Source: Thermodesulfobacteriota bacterium
GTDB lineage: Bacteria > Desulfobacterota > Desulfobacteria > Desulfobacterales > SURF-7
DNA length: 64,000 nt
Direction of reading: 5' to 3'
NCBI GenBank assembly: GCA_049320885.1
Contig: JBMORA010000030.1
Location: 1-64,000 of the forward strand
The notes below the pieces were generated by a model, which was not told the DNA's origin, did not search any database, and worked only from the letters and a program-made list of their open reading frames with translations. Shown in pieces: positions 39,560 through 48,874 of this stretch. The first letter of the stretch is position 1. Every line of letters begins with the position of its first letter. The position numbers were made by a program, and so were the translations under genes.

Positions 39560-40618
39560 ATGCCGAAAATCGATTTTGGCGGTGTCAAAGAAGACATTGT
39601 AACCGTGGATGAATTTCCCCTGTCAAAAGCCCGTGAAATCCTGAAAAACGAGACCATTGCCGTACTCGGCTACGGGGTGCAAGGTCCTGCCCAGGCGTTG
39701 AATATGAAAGACAACGGGTTTGAAGTGATCATCGGTCAGCTGGAAGGCGACGAATATTGGGAAAAAGCCGTCAGAGACGGTTTCGTCCCGGGTAAAACCC
39801 TTTTTCCCATCGAAGAGGCGGCCAAAAAAGGCACCATTATCCAGATGCTGCTTTCGGATGCCGGTCAGGTAGCCGTATGGCCGAAAATCAAGAAATGCCT
39901 GAACAAGGGGGATGCGCTGTATTTCTCCCACGGTTTTTCCATTGTTTATAAAGAGCAGACAGGCGTCGTTCCTCCCGCGGATATCGATGTCATTCTGGTT
40001 GCCCCGAAAGGTTCCGGCACCAACGTCAGAAGGAATTTCCTTGACGGAAGCGGCATCAATTCCAGCTATGCCGTTCATCAGGATTTTACGGGGCGGGCTA
40101 CGGAAAGGACCTTGGCCATCGGGATCGCCATCGGCTCCGGCTACCTCTTTCCCACAACCTTCGAGCAGGAAGTCTACAGCGACCTCACCGGTGAACGTGG
40201 CGTGCTCATGGGCTGTCTGGCCGGGACCATGGAAGCCCAATACAATGTTCTTCGAAAAAACGGACATTCTCCAAGCGAAGCGTTCAATGAAACCGTCGAA
40301 GAATTGACCCAAAGCCTGATCCGCCTCGTGGCTGAAAATGGCATGGATTGGATGTTTTCCAATTGCAGCGCCACCGCTCAACGGGGAGCCCTCGACTGGG
40401 CGCCGAAATTCCGGGATGCCGTCGCTCCGGTGTTTGAAGAATTGTACAGCAGGGTAAGGTCCGGCAAGGAAACCGAGCGCGTGCTGACGGTCAACAGTGC
40501 TCCGGATTATAAGGTAAAACTCGAAGCGGAACTCAAGGCCCTGAGAGACTCGGAGATGTGGCGTGCCGGCGCTGCCGTTCGGGCGCTCCGCCCGGAAAAC
40601 AGAAAACAAGGGAAATAA
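39560..40618 (+). CDS. ilvC: Ketol-acid reductoisomerase
   Basis: GYGVQG, YFSHGF, APKGSG, SDLTGERG, EAFNET. Confidence 0.96.
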   Translation: MPKIDFGGVKEDIVTVDEFPLSKAREILKNETIAVLGYGVQGPAQALNMKDNGFEVIIGQLEGDEYWEKAVRDGFVPGKTLFPIEEAAKKGTIIQMLLSDAGQVAVWPKIKKCLNKGDALYFSHGFSIVYKEQTGVVPPADIDVILVAPKGSGTNVRRNFLDGSGINSSYAVHQDFTGRATERTLAIGIAIGSGYLFPTTFEQEVYSDLTGERGVLMGCLAGTMEAQYNVLRKNGHSPSEAFNETVEELTQSLIRLVAENGMDWMFSNCSATAQRGALDWAPKFRDAVAPVFEELYSRVRSGKETERVLTVNSAPDYKVKLEAELKALRDSEMWRAGAAVRALRPENRKQGK

Positions 40619-40650
40619 GAAAACAGACCGGGATCGATCGCGGATGGTTC

Positions 40651-40690
40651 CGGAGCAAACCACCTTCCCGGCAAATGGTGGTTTGCTCCG
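40651..40690. other. Perfect 14-bp intergenic hairpin
   Basis: CGGAGCAAACCACC (40651-40664) / GGTGGTTTGCTCCG (40677-40690); no U-tract. Confidence 0.7.
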
Positions 40691-40828
40691 CCCTGCCCTG
40701 AGGGTTCGGTGCGCATCCCCCACCTGCCCTGCCGTGACTTCCATCCGATCTTTCAGACCGGCATTAGCGGTTGACACCGGCCCAACTGGTTGAACCGGGG
40801 AGTGCGTTTCATTTTGGAGTATGGACAA

Positions 40829-42451
40829 ATGGCCCATGAAAAACAATCAGACCCTGTATGGATTTATGATACGACCCTCCGGGACGGCACCCAGGGCGAA
40901 AATGTCAGTTTCACTGTGGATGAAAAAATTCGCATCGCCCATAAACTGGATGAACTCGGTGTTCATTACATCGAGGGCGGCTGGCCGGGTTCCAATCCGC
41001 GTGACATGAAGTTTTTCAAGGAGGCCGCCAAAACCGAATTTGCCACCGCCAAGTTGTCGGCCTTCGGTTCCACCCGGCGCCCGGGAATTGCCGTTGCGGA
41101 AGACCCGAATCTCAAGGCCCTGCTGGCAAGCCATACTCCGGTGGTGACCATCTTCGGTAAAACCTGGGACCTGCACATTCAAAAGGTCATGAAGAACACT
41201 CTCCAGGAAAATCTGGACATGATCCGGGAGAGTGTCGCCTTTTTAAAAGCCGCCGGCAGGGAAGTCGTGTATGATGCCGAACATTTTTTCGACGGATATT
41301 TCGACAATCAAGCCTATGCCTTGGAAACCCTGCAGGCAGCCATTGAGGGCGGGGCGGATTTTATCGTTCTGTGTGATACCAACGGTGGTAGCCTCACCTT
41401 CGATATTGAAGAAACCGTAAAAACCGTGCGAAAATCCCTGCGGCATTCCCACCGTTCCGTTTCCGGCGGCGCCGGGATCAAACTCGGCATCCATACCCAT
41501 GACGACAGCGGGTTGGCGGTGGCCAACAGCATTGCGGCCATCCATGCCGGCGCCTGCATGGTCCATGGAACGATCAATGGATACGGGGAACGGTGCGGCA
41601 ATGCGGATTTGACCTCGATCATTCCGATCTTGCGCCTGAAAATGAACCGGCCCTGCATCTCCGACAAAAACCTGGAGAAGCTGAGGAAATTATCCAGATT
41701 CGTCAGTGAGACCGCCAACATGACCCCATTGAACAGCAGGCCTTTTGTCGGTAAAAGCGCCTTTGCCCATAAGGGCGGGATTCATGTCAGCGCGATCATG
41801 AAAATCCCCCGCGCTTATGAGCACATCCAACCCGAACTTGTGGGAAATAAACGCCGGGTGTTGATTTCCGATCTGTCCGGAAAAAGCAATATCGAATACA
41901 AAGCCAAGGAACTGGGTATCGAGCTGGATGCCGACGGCAAGGTCAGCCGGGAAATCGTTTCCGAAATCAAGCGGCTCGAACAGGAAGGCTATCAATTTGA
42001 AGTGGCGGACGGCTCCTTTAAAGTCCTGATGGAGAAAATCACCAACCGCTTTAAACCCTGGTTTGAGTTACAATCGTTCCGCGTGACCATTGAAAAGGAC
42101 AAGGACCGCCCCTGTTCTTCCCATGCGATGATCAAAATAGCGGTTTCGGGTACGGAAGCCATTACGGCGGCTGAAGGGAACGGCCCGGTGAGCGCCCTGG
42201 ATAACGCCCTGCGCAAGGCGCTGGCCAATTTCTTTCCAAATCTGGATGATATGCAGCTGGTGGACTTCAAGGTTCGTGTCATGGACGGCCGCGACGGGAC
42301 ATCGGCAAAGGTCCGGGTTTTAATTGAATCCAGGGATTCGGAAACCATTTGGGGAACCATCGGGGTGTCCAGCGACATCATCGAGGCAAGCTGGCAGGCC
42401 CTGGCCGATAGTTTTCATTATAAGCTTACAAACGACAGAACAGTGGAGTAA
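40829..42451 (+). CDS. cimA: Citramalate synthase
   Basis: YDTTLRDGTQGE, EGGWPGSNP, YDAEHFFDG, AHKGGIH, GNGPVSALD, DFKVR; distinct from the adjacent LeuA. Confidence 0.92.
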   Translation: MAHEKQSDPVWIYDTTLRDGTQGENVSFTVDEKIRIAHKLDELGVHYIEGGWPGSNPRDMKFFKEAAKTEFATAKLSAFGSTRRPGIAVAEDPNLKALLASHTPVVTIFGKTWDLHIQKVMKNTLQENLDMIRESVAFLKAAGREVVYDAEHFFDGYFDNQAYALETLQAAIEGGADFIVLCDTNGGSLTFDIEETVKTVRKSLRHSHRSVSGGAGIKLGIHTHDDSGLAVANSIAAIHAGACMVHGTINGYGERCGNADLTSIIPILRLKMNRPCISDKNLEKLRKLSRFVSETANMTPLNSRPFVGKSAFAHKGGIHVSAIMKIPRAYEHIQPELVGNKRRVLISDLSGKSNIEYKAKELGIELDADGKVSREIVSEIKRLEQEGYQFEVADGSFKVLMEKITNRFKPWFELQSFRVTIEKDKDRPCSSHAMIKIAVSGTEAITAAEGNGPVSALDNALRKALANFFPNLDDMQLVDFKVRVMDGRDGTSAKVRVLIESRDSETIWGTIGVSSDIIEASWQALADSFHYKLTNDRTVE

Positions 42452-42454
42452 CCC

Positions 42455-43993
42455 ATGACGGACAAACTGATCATTTTTGATACGACCCTGAGGGATGGCG
42501 AACAGTCTCCGGGCGCCAGCATGAATACGGCGGAAAAACTCCGGCTGGCGATGCAATTGGAAAAAATGGGTATCGATGTCATCGAAGCCGGATTTCCGGC
42601 TGCCTCCCAGGGGGATTTTGAAGCGGTTTCGCAAATTGCCGGCAAACTGAAGGGTTGCGAAATCGCGGCCCTGGCCAGAACATCCAAAGCGGATATCGAT
42701 TGCGCCTGGAAAGCCATTTCCCACGCGGCCAAACCCAGAATCCACACCTTCATCGCCACTTCCGACATTCACATGAAATACAAGCTGAACATGAGTCGCG
42801 AGCAGGTGATTCAGACCGCCATGGAAGGCGTACGATATGCCAGATCATTGACCGATAATGTGGAATTTTCCGCCGAGGACGGTTCCCGGAGTGATCCGGA
42901 ATTTCTGTGTCAAGTCTTCGCCGCGGCCATTGATGCCGGCGCCAGAACCCTGAATCTGCCGGATACGGTTGGCTATGCGATTCCCCGGGAATTCGCCGAT
43001 CTGGTCCGGTATGTGATGACCCACACCCCCAATATCGGCAAGGCCGTTCTGAGCGTTCATTGCCATAACGATCTGGGGCTGGCGACGGCAAATACCCTCG
43101 CCGCGGTGAGCGCCGGAGCTCGTCAGGTGGAGGTCACCATCAACGGTATCGGCGAACGGGCAGGCAACACCTCCATGGAGGAGGTCGTCATGTCCATCCA
43201 CACCCGTCCGAATTTCTTCCCGGTCCATTCCCGGATCGACACGACGTTGATTCACCCCACCAGCCGGTTGGTCAGCATGATCACCGGGATTATGGTGCAG
43301 CCGAACAAGGCGATCGTCGGAGCCAATGCTTTTGCCCATGAAGCGGGAATCCACCAGGACGGCGTGCTCAAGAATCCCATGACCTATGAAATCATGCGGC
43401 CAGAAATCATCGGCCTTTCCAGCAACAAGCTGATTCTCGGAAAACATTCCGGACGCCATGCCTTGAGATCCCATCTAAAGGAGATGGGCTATGAACTCTC
43501 GGATGAAGAACTGCAACTGGTTTTCACCAAATTCAAAGAATTGGCCGACAAGAAAAAGCATGTCATGGATGAGGACCTGGAAGCCCTCGTAACGGAAGGG
43601 ATTCTGCGGGGCGTCGACATTTTCGGCCTGGAATATCTGCACGTCAGCAGCGGCACAACCATCCGGCCGATCGCCAGCGTGAAAATGTCCATCAACGGCC
43701 GGAGTGTTGAAGGCACCGCTTATGGCAACGGTCCCATTGACGCCGCATTTAACGCCATTTCCCAGCTTACCGGTTCACGGTCCGAGCTGCTGCGCTTCTC
43801 CATTGCGGCTTTGACCGGCGGCACGGACGCCCAGGGCGAAGTCACGGTTCGATTGGGGGAAAACGGCCTAATCGCCATCGGAAGAGGAGCGGATTCGGAT
43901 ATTATCACGGCGAGCGCCAAAGCCTATATCAACGGTCTGAACCGGTTGGAATATCTGAAGGCGCACCCCTTCACCGCCTCGGAAGTCCTGTAG
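42455..43993 (+). CDS. leuA: 2-isopropylmalate synthase
   Basis: DTTLRDGEQSPG, HCHNDLG, GIGERAGN, AHEAGIHQDG, LGKHSGR. Confidence 0.97.
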   Translation: MTDKLIIFDTTLRDGEQSPGASMNTAEKLRLAMQLEKMGIDVIEAGFPAASQGDFEAVSQIAGKLKGCEIAALARTSKADIDCAWKAISHAAKPRIHTFIATSDIHMKYKLNMSREQVIQTAMEGVRYARSLTDNVEFSAEDGSRSDPEFLCQVFAAAIDAGARTLNLPDTVGYAIPREFADLVRYVMTHTPNIGKAVLSVHCHNDLGLATANTLAAVSAGARQVEVTINGIGERAGNTSMEEVVMSIHTRPNFFPVHSRIDTTLIHPTSRLVSMITGIMVQPNKAIVGANAFAHEAGIHQDGVLKNPMTYEIMRPEIIGLSSNKLILGKHSGRHALRSHLKEMGYELSDEELQLVFTKFKELADKKKHVMDEDLEALVTEGILRGVDIFGLEYLHVSSGTTIRPIASVKMSINGRSVEGTAYGNGPIDAAFNAISQLTGSRSELLRFSIAALTGGTDAQGEVTVRLGENGLIAIGRGADSDIITASAKAYINGLNRLEYLKAHPFTASEVL

Positions 43994-44043
43994 GAGTGAT
44001 CTTGCGGGGAACCGGGGGGTCGGTCTGAGACTTCCCGTGGTGT

Positions 44044-44077
44044 CCGGCTGCTGTCCCGGCATGAGGACAGCAGCCGG
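44044..44077. terminator. Hairpin between convergent leuA and CHI-fold genes
   Basis: CCGGCTGCTGTCC / GGACAGCAGCCGG 13-bp stem with no U-tract, so termination function is uncertain. Confidence 0.45.
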
Positions 44078-44098
44078 CTGCCAATGGGAATATATGGT

Positions 44099-44662
44099 CT
44101 ATTTGCCGAGCATCGCCTGCTTCAGATCTTCCTGAGCCGGTTCTTCACCCAACCAGATGGCAAACAGGGGTTTTTTGAAATCAAGCCCTTTGATCGTGCT
44201 AAGCATGCGGCCGTTCTTGAAAACGCTGACACCCTCTTCCGGCACATACACGAAATCGAACACATCATCCTGCTTGTATTCGCCCTTCATGACGGCGATC
44301 ATCTTATCGATCCGTGACTGGATGGGAGCAAGATTTCCCTTGGTTGCTTTTTCAAAGCCTTCCCGAAGGGCGTCTTCCATTTTTTTATCATTCATCAGGC
44401 CGGAAATGATGTGGACCTTGATGGCCATGGATTCGTCGGCTTCAATCAGTTTGGTCGCATCCTGGGTTTTGGCTTTGGTATACAGCCCGCCAGCATAAAT
44501 ATCCATGAACCATTTGACGCGCAAACCACCGCCGTTTAGGACCAGGGTATCATTCCCCGCAGCAAGGGAGTCCGGTAGATTTTTACCACCGATTTCCTTC
44601 GCCATGGCCACACCGGTTACCAGCAACATTGCCATCATTACCAACGCCATCTTTTTCATCAT
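44099..44662 (-). CDS. Secreted chalcone-isomerase-like protein
   Basis: Signal peptide ending AMA; LVLNGGGLR.KWFMDIYAGGLY; FKKPLFAIWLGEEP...LKQAMLG. Confidence 0.85.
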   Translation of the reverse strand: MMKKMALVMMAMLLVTGVAMAKEIGGKNLPDSLAAGNDTLVLNGGGLRVKWFMDIYAGGLYTKAKTQDATKLIEADESMAIKVHIISGLMNDKKMEDALREGFEKATKGNLAPIQSRIDKMIAVMKGEYKQDDVFDFVYVPEEGVSVFKNGRMLSTIKGLDFKKPLFAIWLGEEPAQEDLKQAMLGK

Positions 44663-44831
44663 CTTGCACCTCTCTCCTTTGGTTGAATGTTTTCTAAAAA
44701 ACACCCGTTCAATTAATTAAACAACGCTTCGGCCTAAATATTGTGTTCGCTCATAACATTAATTTCGGCATTTTTCCAGTTCTGAATATGCTTTTTTTTT
44801 TGAGTATGTTTTTTACCGATTTGGTTTTTCC

Positions 44832-44861
44832 TTGACAAAACCGCCCGGACTTATCTACCAT
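44832..44861 (+). promoter_or_regulatory. Putative sigma70 promoter
   Basis: TTGACA (44832-44837), 18 nt, TACCAT (44856-44861) upstream of 44965. Confidence 0.45.
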
Positions 44862-44964
44862 CGTTCCGCTTTTGAAACATCGATTCGTATCATTACCGGC
44901 AGGATGCTCTTTCAATTGAATTACCATTGATCTTTAACCGTGCAAGTGGATTGGGAGGTTCAGT

Positions 44965-45723
44965 ATGCGTAAACTCGTATCGGTCAGGTTGCTTTTCGGC
45001 ATGATGCTCTTGGGATGTCTGCTACTGGTACCCGGGTTCCTGTTGGCGGCCGATTATGCGGCCATTGACGCCCTGGATGATGAAGTCACCATCGATAACT
45101 ACAAGCAGGCCATCACGCTTTGCGAGAAAGCGCTTGCCGAGAATCCGAATGATTTTGAAGCCGCCTGGCGTTGCGCAAGAGCCTATCGCTGGTACGGGGA
45201 GCTGTCAAAACGCGCCCAGGTGGAGGGTTGGAAGGATATTTGCGCGAAATACGGGAAGGACGGAATGAATATGGCTCAGAAAGCCATTGATCAGCAACCG
45301 AATAAACCCGATGGATATTATTGGTATGCATTGAACGTGGGGATTTATTCAGACGGCGTCAGCATTCTCACCGCCCTGAAAGAAGGCCTGAAGAACAAAA
45401 CCCAGGAAAGTTTTGAAAAAGTATACGCCACCGATAAACTATATGAAGAAGCCGGCAGCATTTTAGGCCTGGGCCGTTTCTGGGCCGTGTTGCCCTGGCC
45501 GCTCAATGACAAGGACTTGTCCCTGAAATACTACCGCGAATATCAGAAAACGGAATTTTTCGGCCAAAAAGCGGAAGGCCCGATCTATCTCGCCGAACTG
45601 CTCATTCAAATGGGAGGGGATGAAAACAAGGCCGAGGCCAAATCCCTTCTCCAGGAAAAGCTAAAAACCGACAGCAAATACTTCCTGGACTGGAAAGACA
45701 GACTGCTCAAGGATGCCGAATAA
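44965..45723 (+). CDS. Secreted TPR-like helical protein
   Basis: Signal peptide; helical repeats (ALAENPNDFEAAWRCARAY, AIDQQPNKPDGYYWYA, LGRFW..LPWP); GGAGG RBS. Confidence 0.7.
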   Translation: MRKLVSVRLLFGMMLLGCLLLVPGFLLAADYAAIDALDDEVTIDNYKQAITLCEKALAENPNDFEAAWRCARAYRWYGELSKRAQVEGWKDICAKYGKDGMNMAQKAIDQQPNKPDGYYWYALNVGIYSDGVSILTALKEGLKNKTQESFEKVYATDKLYEEAGSILGLGRFWAVLPWPLNDKDLSLKYYREYQKTEFFGQKAEGPIYLAELLIQMGGDENKAEAKSLLQEKLKTDSKYFLDWKDRLLKDAE

Positions 45724-45751
45724 ACGGCATGGTGGTGCCATATTGAATGAT

Positions 45752-45786
45752 GAGCGCCTTTTCGCCATGAAAAGGCGCTCGTTTTT
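45752..45786 (+). terminator. Rho-independent terminator
   Basis: GAGCGCCTTTTC-gccat-GAAAAGGCGCTC followed by GTTTTT, between convergent genes. Confidence 0.75.
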
Positions 45787-45795
45787 CCGGTCGGT

Positions 45796-46734
45796 TCAGA
45801 CGGACAAGGTGCCCACCAGATCCGCAAGCCGTGGAATGCCTTGTTCCTGAAGATAACCGGTTATCCCATCGAGAATTTCCATTGTCGCGGCCGGGTTCAT
45901 GAAATTGGCCGTTCCAATCTGGACGGCCGCCGCGCCGGCGATAAAAAATTCCAGCGCATCCATGGCGGTCACGATTCCACCGATGCCCACCACCGGAATC
46001 TTGACGGCCGAAACCGCCTGCCAGACCATTCTCAGGGCCACCGGTTTGATGGCCGGCCCGGATAGTCCGCCCGTGATGTTGGCCAGTTTCGGCTTGCGTG
46101 TCCTTACGTCGATGGCCATTCCGGTAATCGTGTTGATCAAGGAAAGGCCGTTCGCACCGCCGTCTTCGGCGCTCCGGGCGATTTCAACGATGTCGCTGAC
46201 ATTGGGCGATAGTTTGATCAGCAGTGGTTTGCCCGTCTTTTTTCTCACCGCGCTTACAACTTCATGCACGGATTTCGGGTTCACGCCAAAGGCCACACCG
46301 CCGGCTTTCACATTCGGACAGGAGATATTCACTTCAATCGCCCGGATGTCATCCTCGGCGTCTATTCTCTCCGCCAGGGCGACATATTCGTCGATGGTTT
46401 TTCCATAGATATTGGCGATGACGGGGGGCGCCAATTTTCGCAGAAAAGGCAGTTTGTCGCGGATAAACGCCTCGATGCCGATATTTTCCAGACCGATGGC
46501 ATTCAACATCCCGCAGGCGGTCTCAACGATCCGGGGGGGCTTATTCCCGGCGGAAGGCATAAGGGACAGGCCTTTCACGATAATGGCGCCCAACCGGTTC
46601 AGATCGATCAAGGGGGCGAATTCTTCCCCGTAGCCGAAAGTGCCGGAGGCGGTCAAAATCGGATTTCTCAGTCTCAGACCTCCGATATCAGTGGTTACAT
46701 CCGGCGCGACTTGTTTATCCTGTTCTGTATTCAA
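45796..46734 (-). CDS. pyrD: Dihydroorotate dehydrogenase, family 1B catalytic subunit
   Basis: ASGTFGYG, NAIGLEN, EVNISCPN, KLSPNV, GGLSGPAIKP. Confidence 0.95.
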   Translation of the reverse strand: MNTEQDKQVAPDVTTDIGGLRLRNPILTASGTFGYGEEFAPLIDLNRLGAIIVKGLSLMPSAGNKPPRIVETACGMLNAIGLENIGIEAFIRDKLPFLRKLAPPVIANIYGKTIDEYVALAERIDAEDDIRAIEVNISCPNVKAGGVAFGVNPKSVHEVVSAVRKKTGKPLLIKLSPNVSDIVEIARSAEDGGANGLSLINTITGMAIDVRTRKPKLANITGGLSGPAIKPVALRMVWQAVSAVKIPVVGIGGIVTAMDALEFFIAGAAAVQIGTANFMNPAATMEILDGITGYLQEQGIPRLADLVGTLSV

Positions 46735-46755
46735 CGGCGTCGATTCCTGTTCTTC

Positions 46756-47856
46756 TCATGTATGGGATTCCTGCACCGATCCGGAACGAACGGCGGAATC
46801 GCTGGTTGCGAGCAATCCCGCTTTCCGGGCCTTGCCCATGATGATCACGGCATACAGTGTCTGAAAAATCAAATACGGGATGAAAACGAGCAGCCTTCTG
46901 CCGCCTTCAATGGTTACCAGGTAGCAAGCGCCGGCCCCCTGAACCATGCAGACGGCGAAATGGAAACTACTGACGAAGACATGGCCGGACCCGAGTTGGT
47001 TGAACAGCTGATACAGATGCGTCCGATGGGCGGCAAAGACGTTTTCCCGCCGGAGCAACCGGCGGATGAAGGTGAAAGAAGTATCGAAAATAAAATGGAA
47101 CAACAGCAGCGGCATCACCAGAAAGGAGGTATGAGCGGATTCATGCGCCGCCCCGATGATGGCCAGGGTGGCGAACACGAATCCGAGGAAGGCGCTGCCC
47201 ACATCCCCCATGAACAGCCGCGCTCCGGGAAAATTGAAGACCAGAAATCCCAGCGATCCGGCAATCAGCGAATAGCCGATGATATACACGACCGTGCTCC
47301 CCTGCTGATAACTGACGAAACTGAAAAAAGATGCGGCGATAACGGCCGTTCCGGCGGCCATGCCGTTGAGACCGTCCATGAAATTATAGGCGTTGGTGAG
47401 GCCCAGGATCCACAGGCAAGAGATCAGCCAGCCCAAGGGACCAGTCTTCATCCGGCCGAATCCCGGCAGGGAGATTTCGGTCAGGACAAGGCCGAAATAC
47501 ATCAACACCGCAACCGCCGCCATCTGTCCCGCCAGTTTCACGAAAAACGGCCCGCTGCGGATATCGTCGTACAGGGAGATCGCGGCGATCAACACGGCCG
47601 CCAGAACAAATCCCACAAAAGCCCCTCCCCCGATCGGCAGGGATTCCCCGAAGCCGACAATCGCGGCGACGCCGATAAGAAAAGCCGACACCAGCGCGAC
47701 GCCGCCGGATTTGGGGACCGGTCTGTCATGGGAGGAGCGTTCGTTGGGAATATCCATGATCCGCAGGCGCCGGATGATCAGCATGCAGATGCCGCAGGAA
47801 AGGAAAAACAGAAAAGCGGCCAGCAGGAAATGGATGGAAAAGGTATCTCGCGTCAT
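46756..47856 (-). CDS. MraY/WecA-family undecaprenyl-phosphate HexNAc-1-phosphate transferase
   Basis: DIPNERSSH..P.P.SGG, YDD, NAYNFMDGLNG, FMGDVGS, HRTHLYQ. Confidence 0.9.
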   Translation of the reverse strand: MTRDTFSIHFLLAAFLFFLSCGICMLIIRRLRIMDIPNERSSHDRPVPKSGGVALVSAFLIGVAAIVGFGESLPIGGGAFVGFVLAAVLIAAISLYDDIRSGPFFVKLAGQMAAVAVLMYFGLVLTEISLPGFGRMKTGPLGWLISCLWILGLTNAYNFMDGLNGMAAGTAVIAASFFSFVSYQQGSTVVYIIGYSLIAGSLGFLVFNFPGARLFMGDVGSAFLGFVFATLAIIGAAHESAHTSFLVMPLLLFHFIFDTSFTFIRRLLRRENVFAAHRTHLYQLFNQLGSGHVFVSSFHFAVCMVQGAGACYLVTIEGGRRLLVFIPYLIFQTLYAVIIMGKARKAGLLATSDSAVRSGSVQESHT

Positions 47857-47866
47857 GCAGCCCGGT

Positions 47867-48856
47867 TTATCCGCTGAAAGAAGGCGGGACGGTTTCAAAA
47901 ACCCGGTTTTCCAGACACCATGCATATGTGCGGCCGATACCGTCCCGCAAGGGAGTTCCCGCAGTCCATCCCATGGCGTTCATGCGGCTGACATCCAGCA
48001 ATTTTCTGGGGGTGCCGTCCGGCTTGCTGCGATCATAGCGGATCTCTCCGGCAAAGCCGGCAATTCCCCGAATCATCTCCGCCAGCTCCCGGATGGTGAG
48101 ATCCATGCCGACCCCGATGTTGACAAGCGGCGCAGGACTTGCGTGGACCAGACGGGTGTAGGTCTCGTCATCCAGATTCATGAGAAACACACAACCTTCA
48201 GCGAGATCGTCGACAAACAGAAATTCGCGGCGGGGGGTTCCGGTGCCCCAGATTTCCACGACCGTTTTTTGTTGCTCCCTGGCTTCATGGAAACGCCGGA
48301 TCAGGGCCGGCAGCACATGGCTGTTCTCCGGATGGAAATTGTCGAACGGGCCGAAGAGATTGGTGGGCATGACGGATAGATAGCGGGTGCCGTATTGGCG
48401 GTTATAGGACTGGCACATCTTGATACCGGCAATTTTGGCCACGGCATAGGGTTCGTTGGTCTGCTCCAGGGACCCGGTGAGCAGATATTCCTCCCGCATG
48501 GGCTGGGGGCATTCCCGGGGATAGATGCAGGAAGAACCCAGGAAGAGCAGCCGGGTTACGCCCGCCTTCCAGGCGGCATGGATCACATTGGTCTGAATCA
48601 TCAGGTTGATGTAGATGAATTCCGCCGGATAGTTGTTGTTGGCCAGGATGCCGCCGACCTTGGCCGCGGCCAAAAACACGTATTCCGGCTTTTCCCGGGC
48701 GAAAAAAGCGTCCACCTCCGCCTGGCGGGTCAAATCGAGTTCCGCGCTGTCGCGGACCAGCAGATCGGTATATCCCCGGCCGGCGAGCGCGCGGTGCAAG
48801 GCGCTGCCCACCAGTCCCTTGTGTCCGGCGATATAGATTCGGGCGTTTTGTTTCAT
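47867..48856 (-). CDS. fcl: GDP-L-fucose synthase
   Basis: [44 protein letters not shown]. Confidence 0.96.
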   Translation of the reverse strand: MKQNARIYIAGHKGLVGSALHRALAGRGYTDLLVRDSAELDLTRQAEVDAFFAREKPEYVFLAAAKVGGILANNNYPAEFIYINLMIQTNVIHAAWKAGVTRLLFLGSSCIYPRECPQPMREEYLLTGSLEQTNEPYAVAKIAGIKMCQSYNRQYGTRYLSVMPTNLFGPFDNFHPENSHVLPALIRRFHEAREQQKTVVEIWGTGTPRREFLFVDDLAEGCVFLMNLDDETYTRLVHASPAPLVNIGVGMDLTIRELAEMIRGIAGFAGEIRYDRSKPDGTPRKLLDVSRMNAMGWTAGTPLRDGIGRTYAWCLENRVFETVPPSFSG

Positions 48857-48874
48857 GACTCCTCGTGCCGACAA

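Noticed and set aside
40619..40828. T-box or riboswitch before cimA-leuA
   Set aside because: No T-box consensus (GGTGGNACCGCG) and no U-tailed terminator; kept only as an unexplained structured segment
39623..40846. 407-aa minus-strand ORF
   Set aside because: Antisense shadow of ilvC
44792..44801. T10 tract as a phase-variable promoter element
   Set aside because: Lies outside the -35/-10 spacer I identified; no evidence of length variation from a single sequence
46264..47877. 537-aa plus-strand ORF
   Set aside because: Antisense shadow of pyrD and the WecA-like gene; no recognisable motifs
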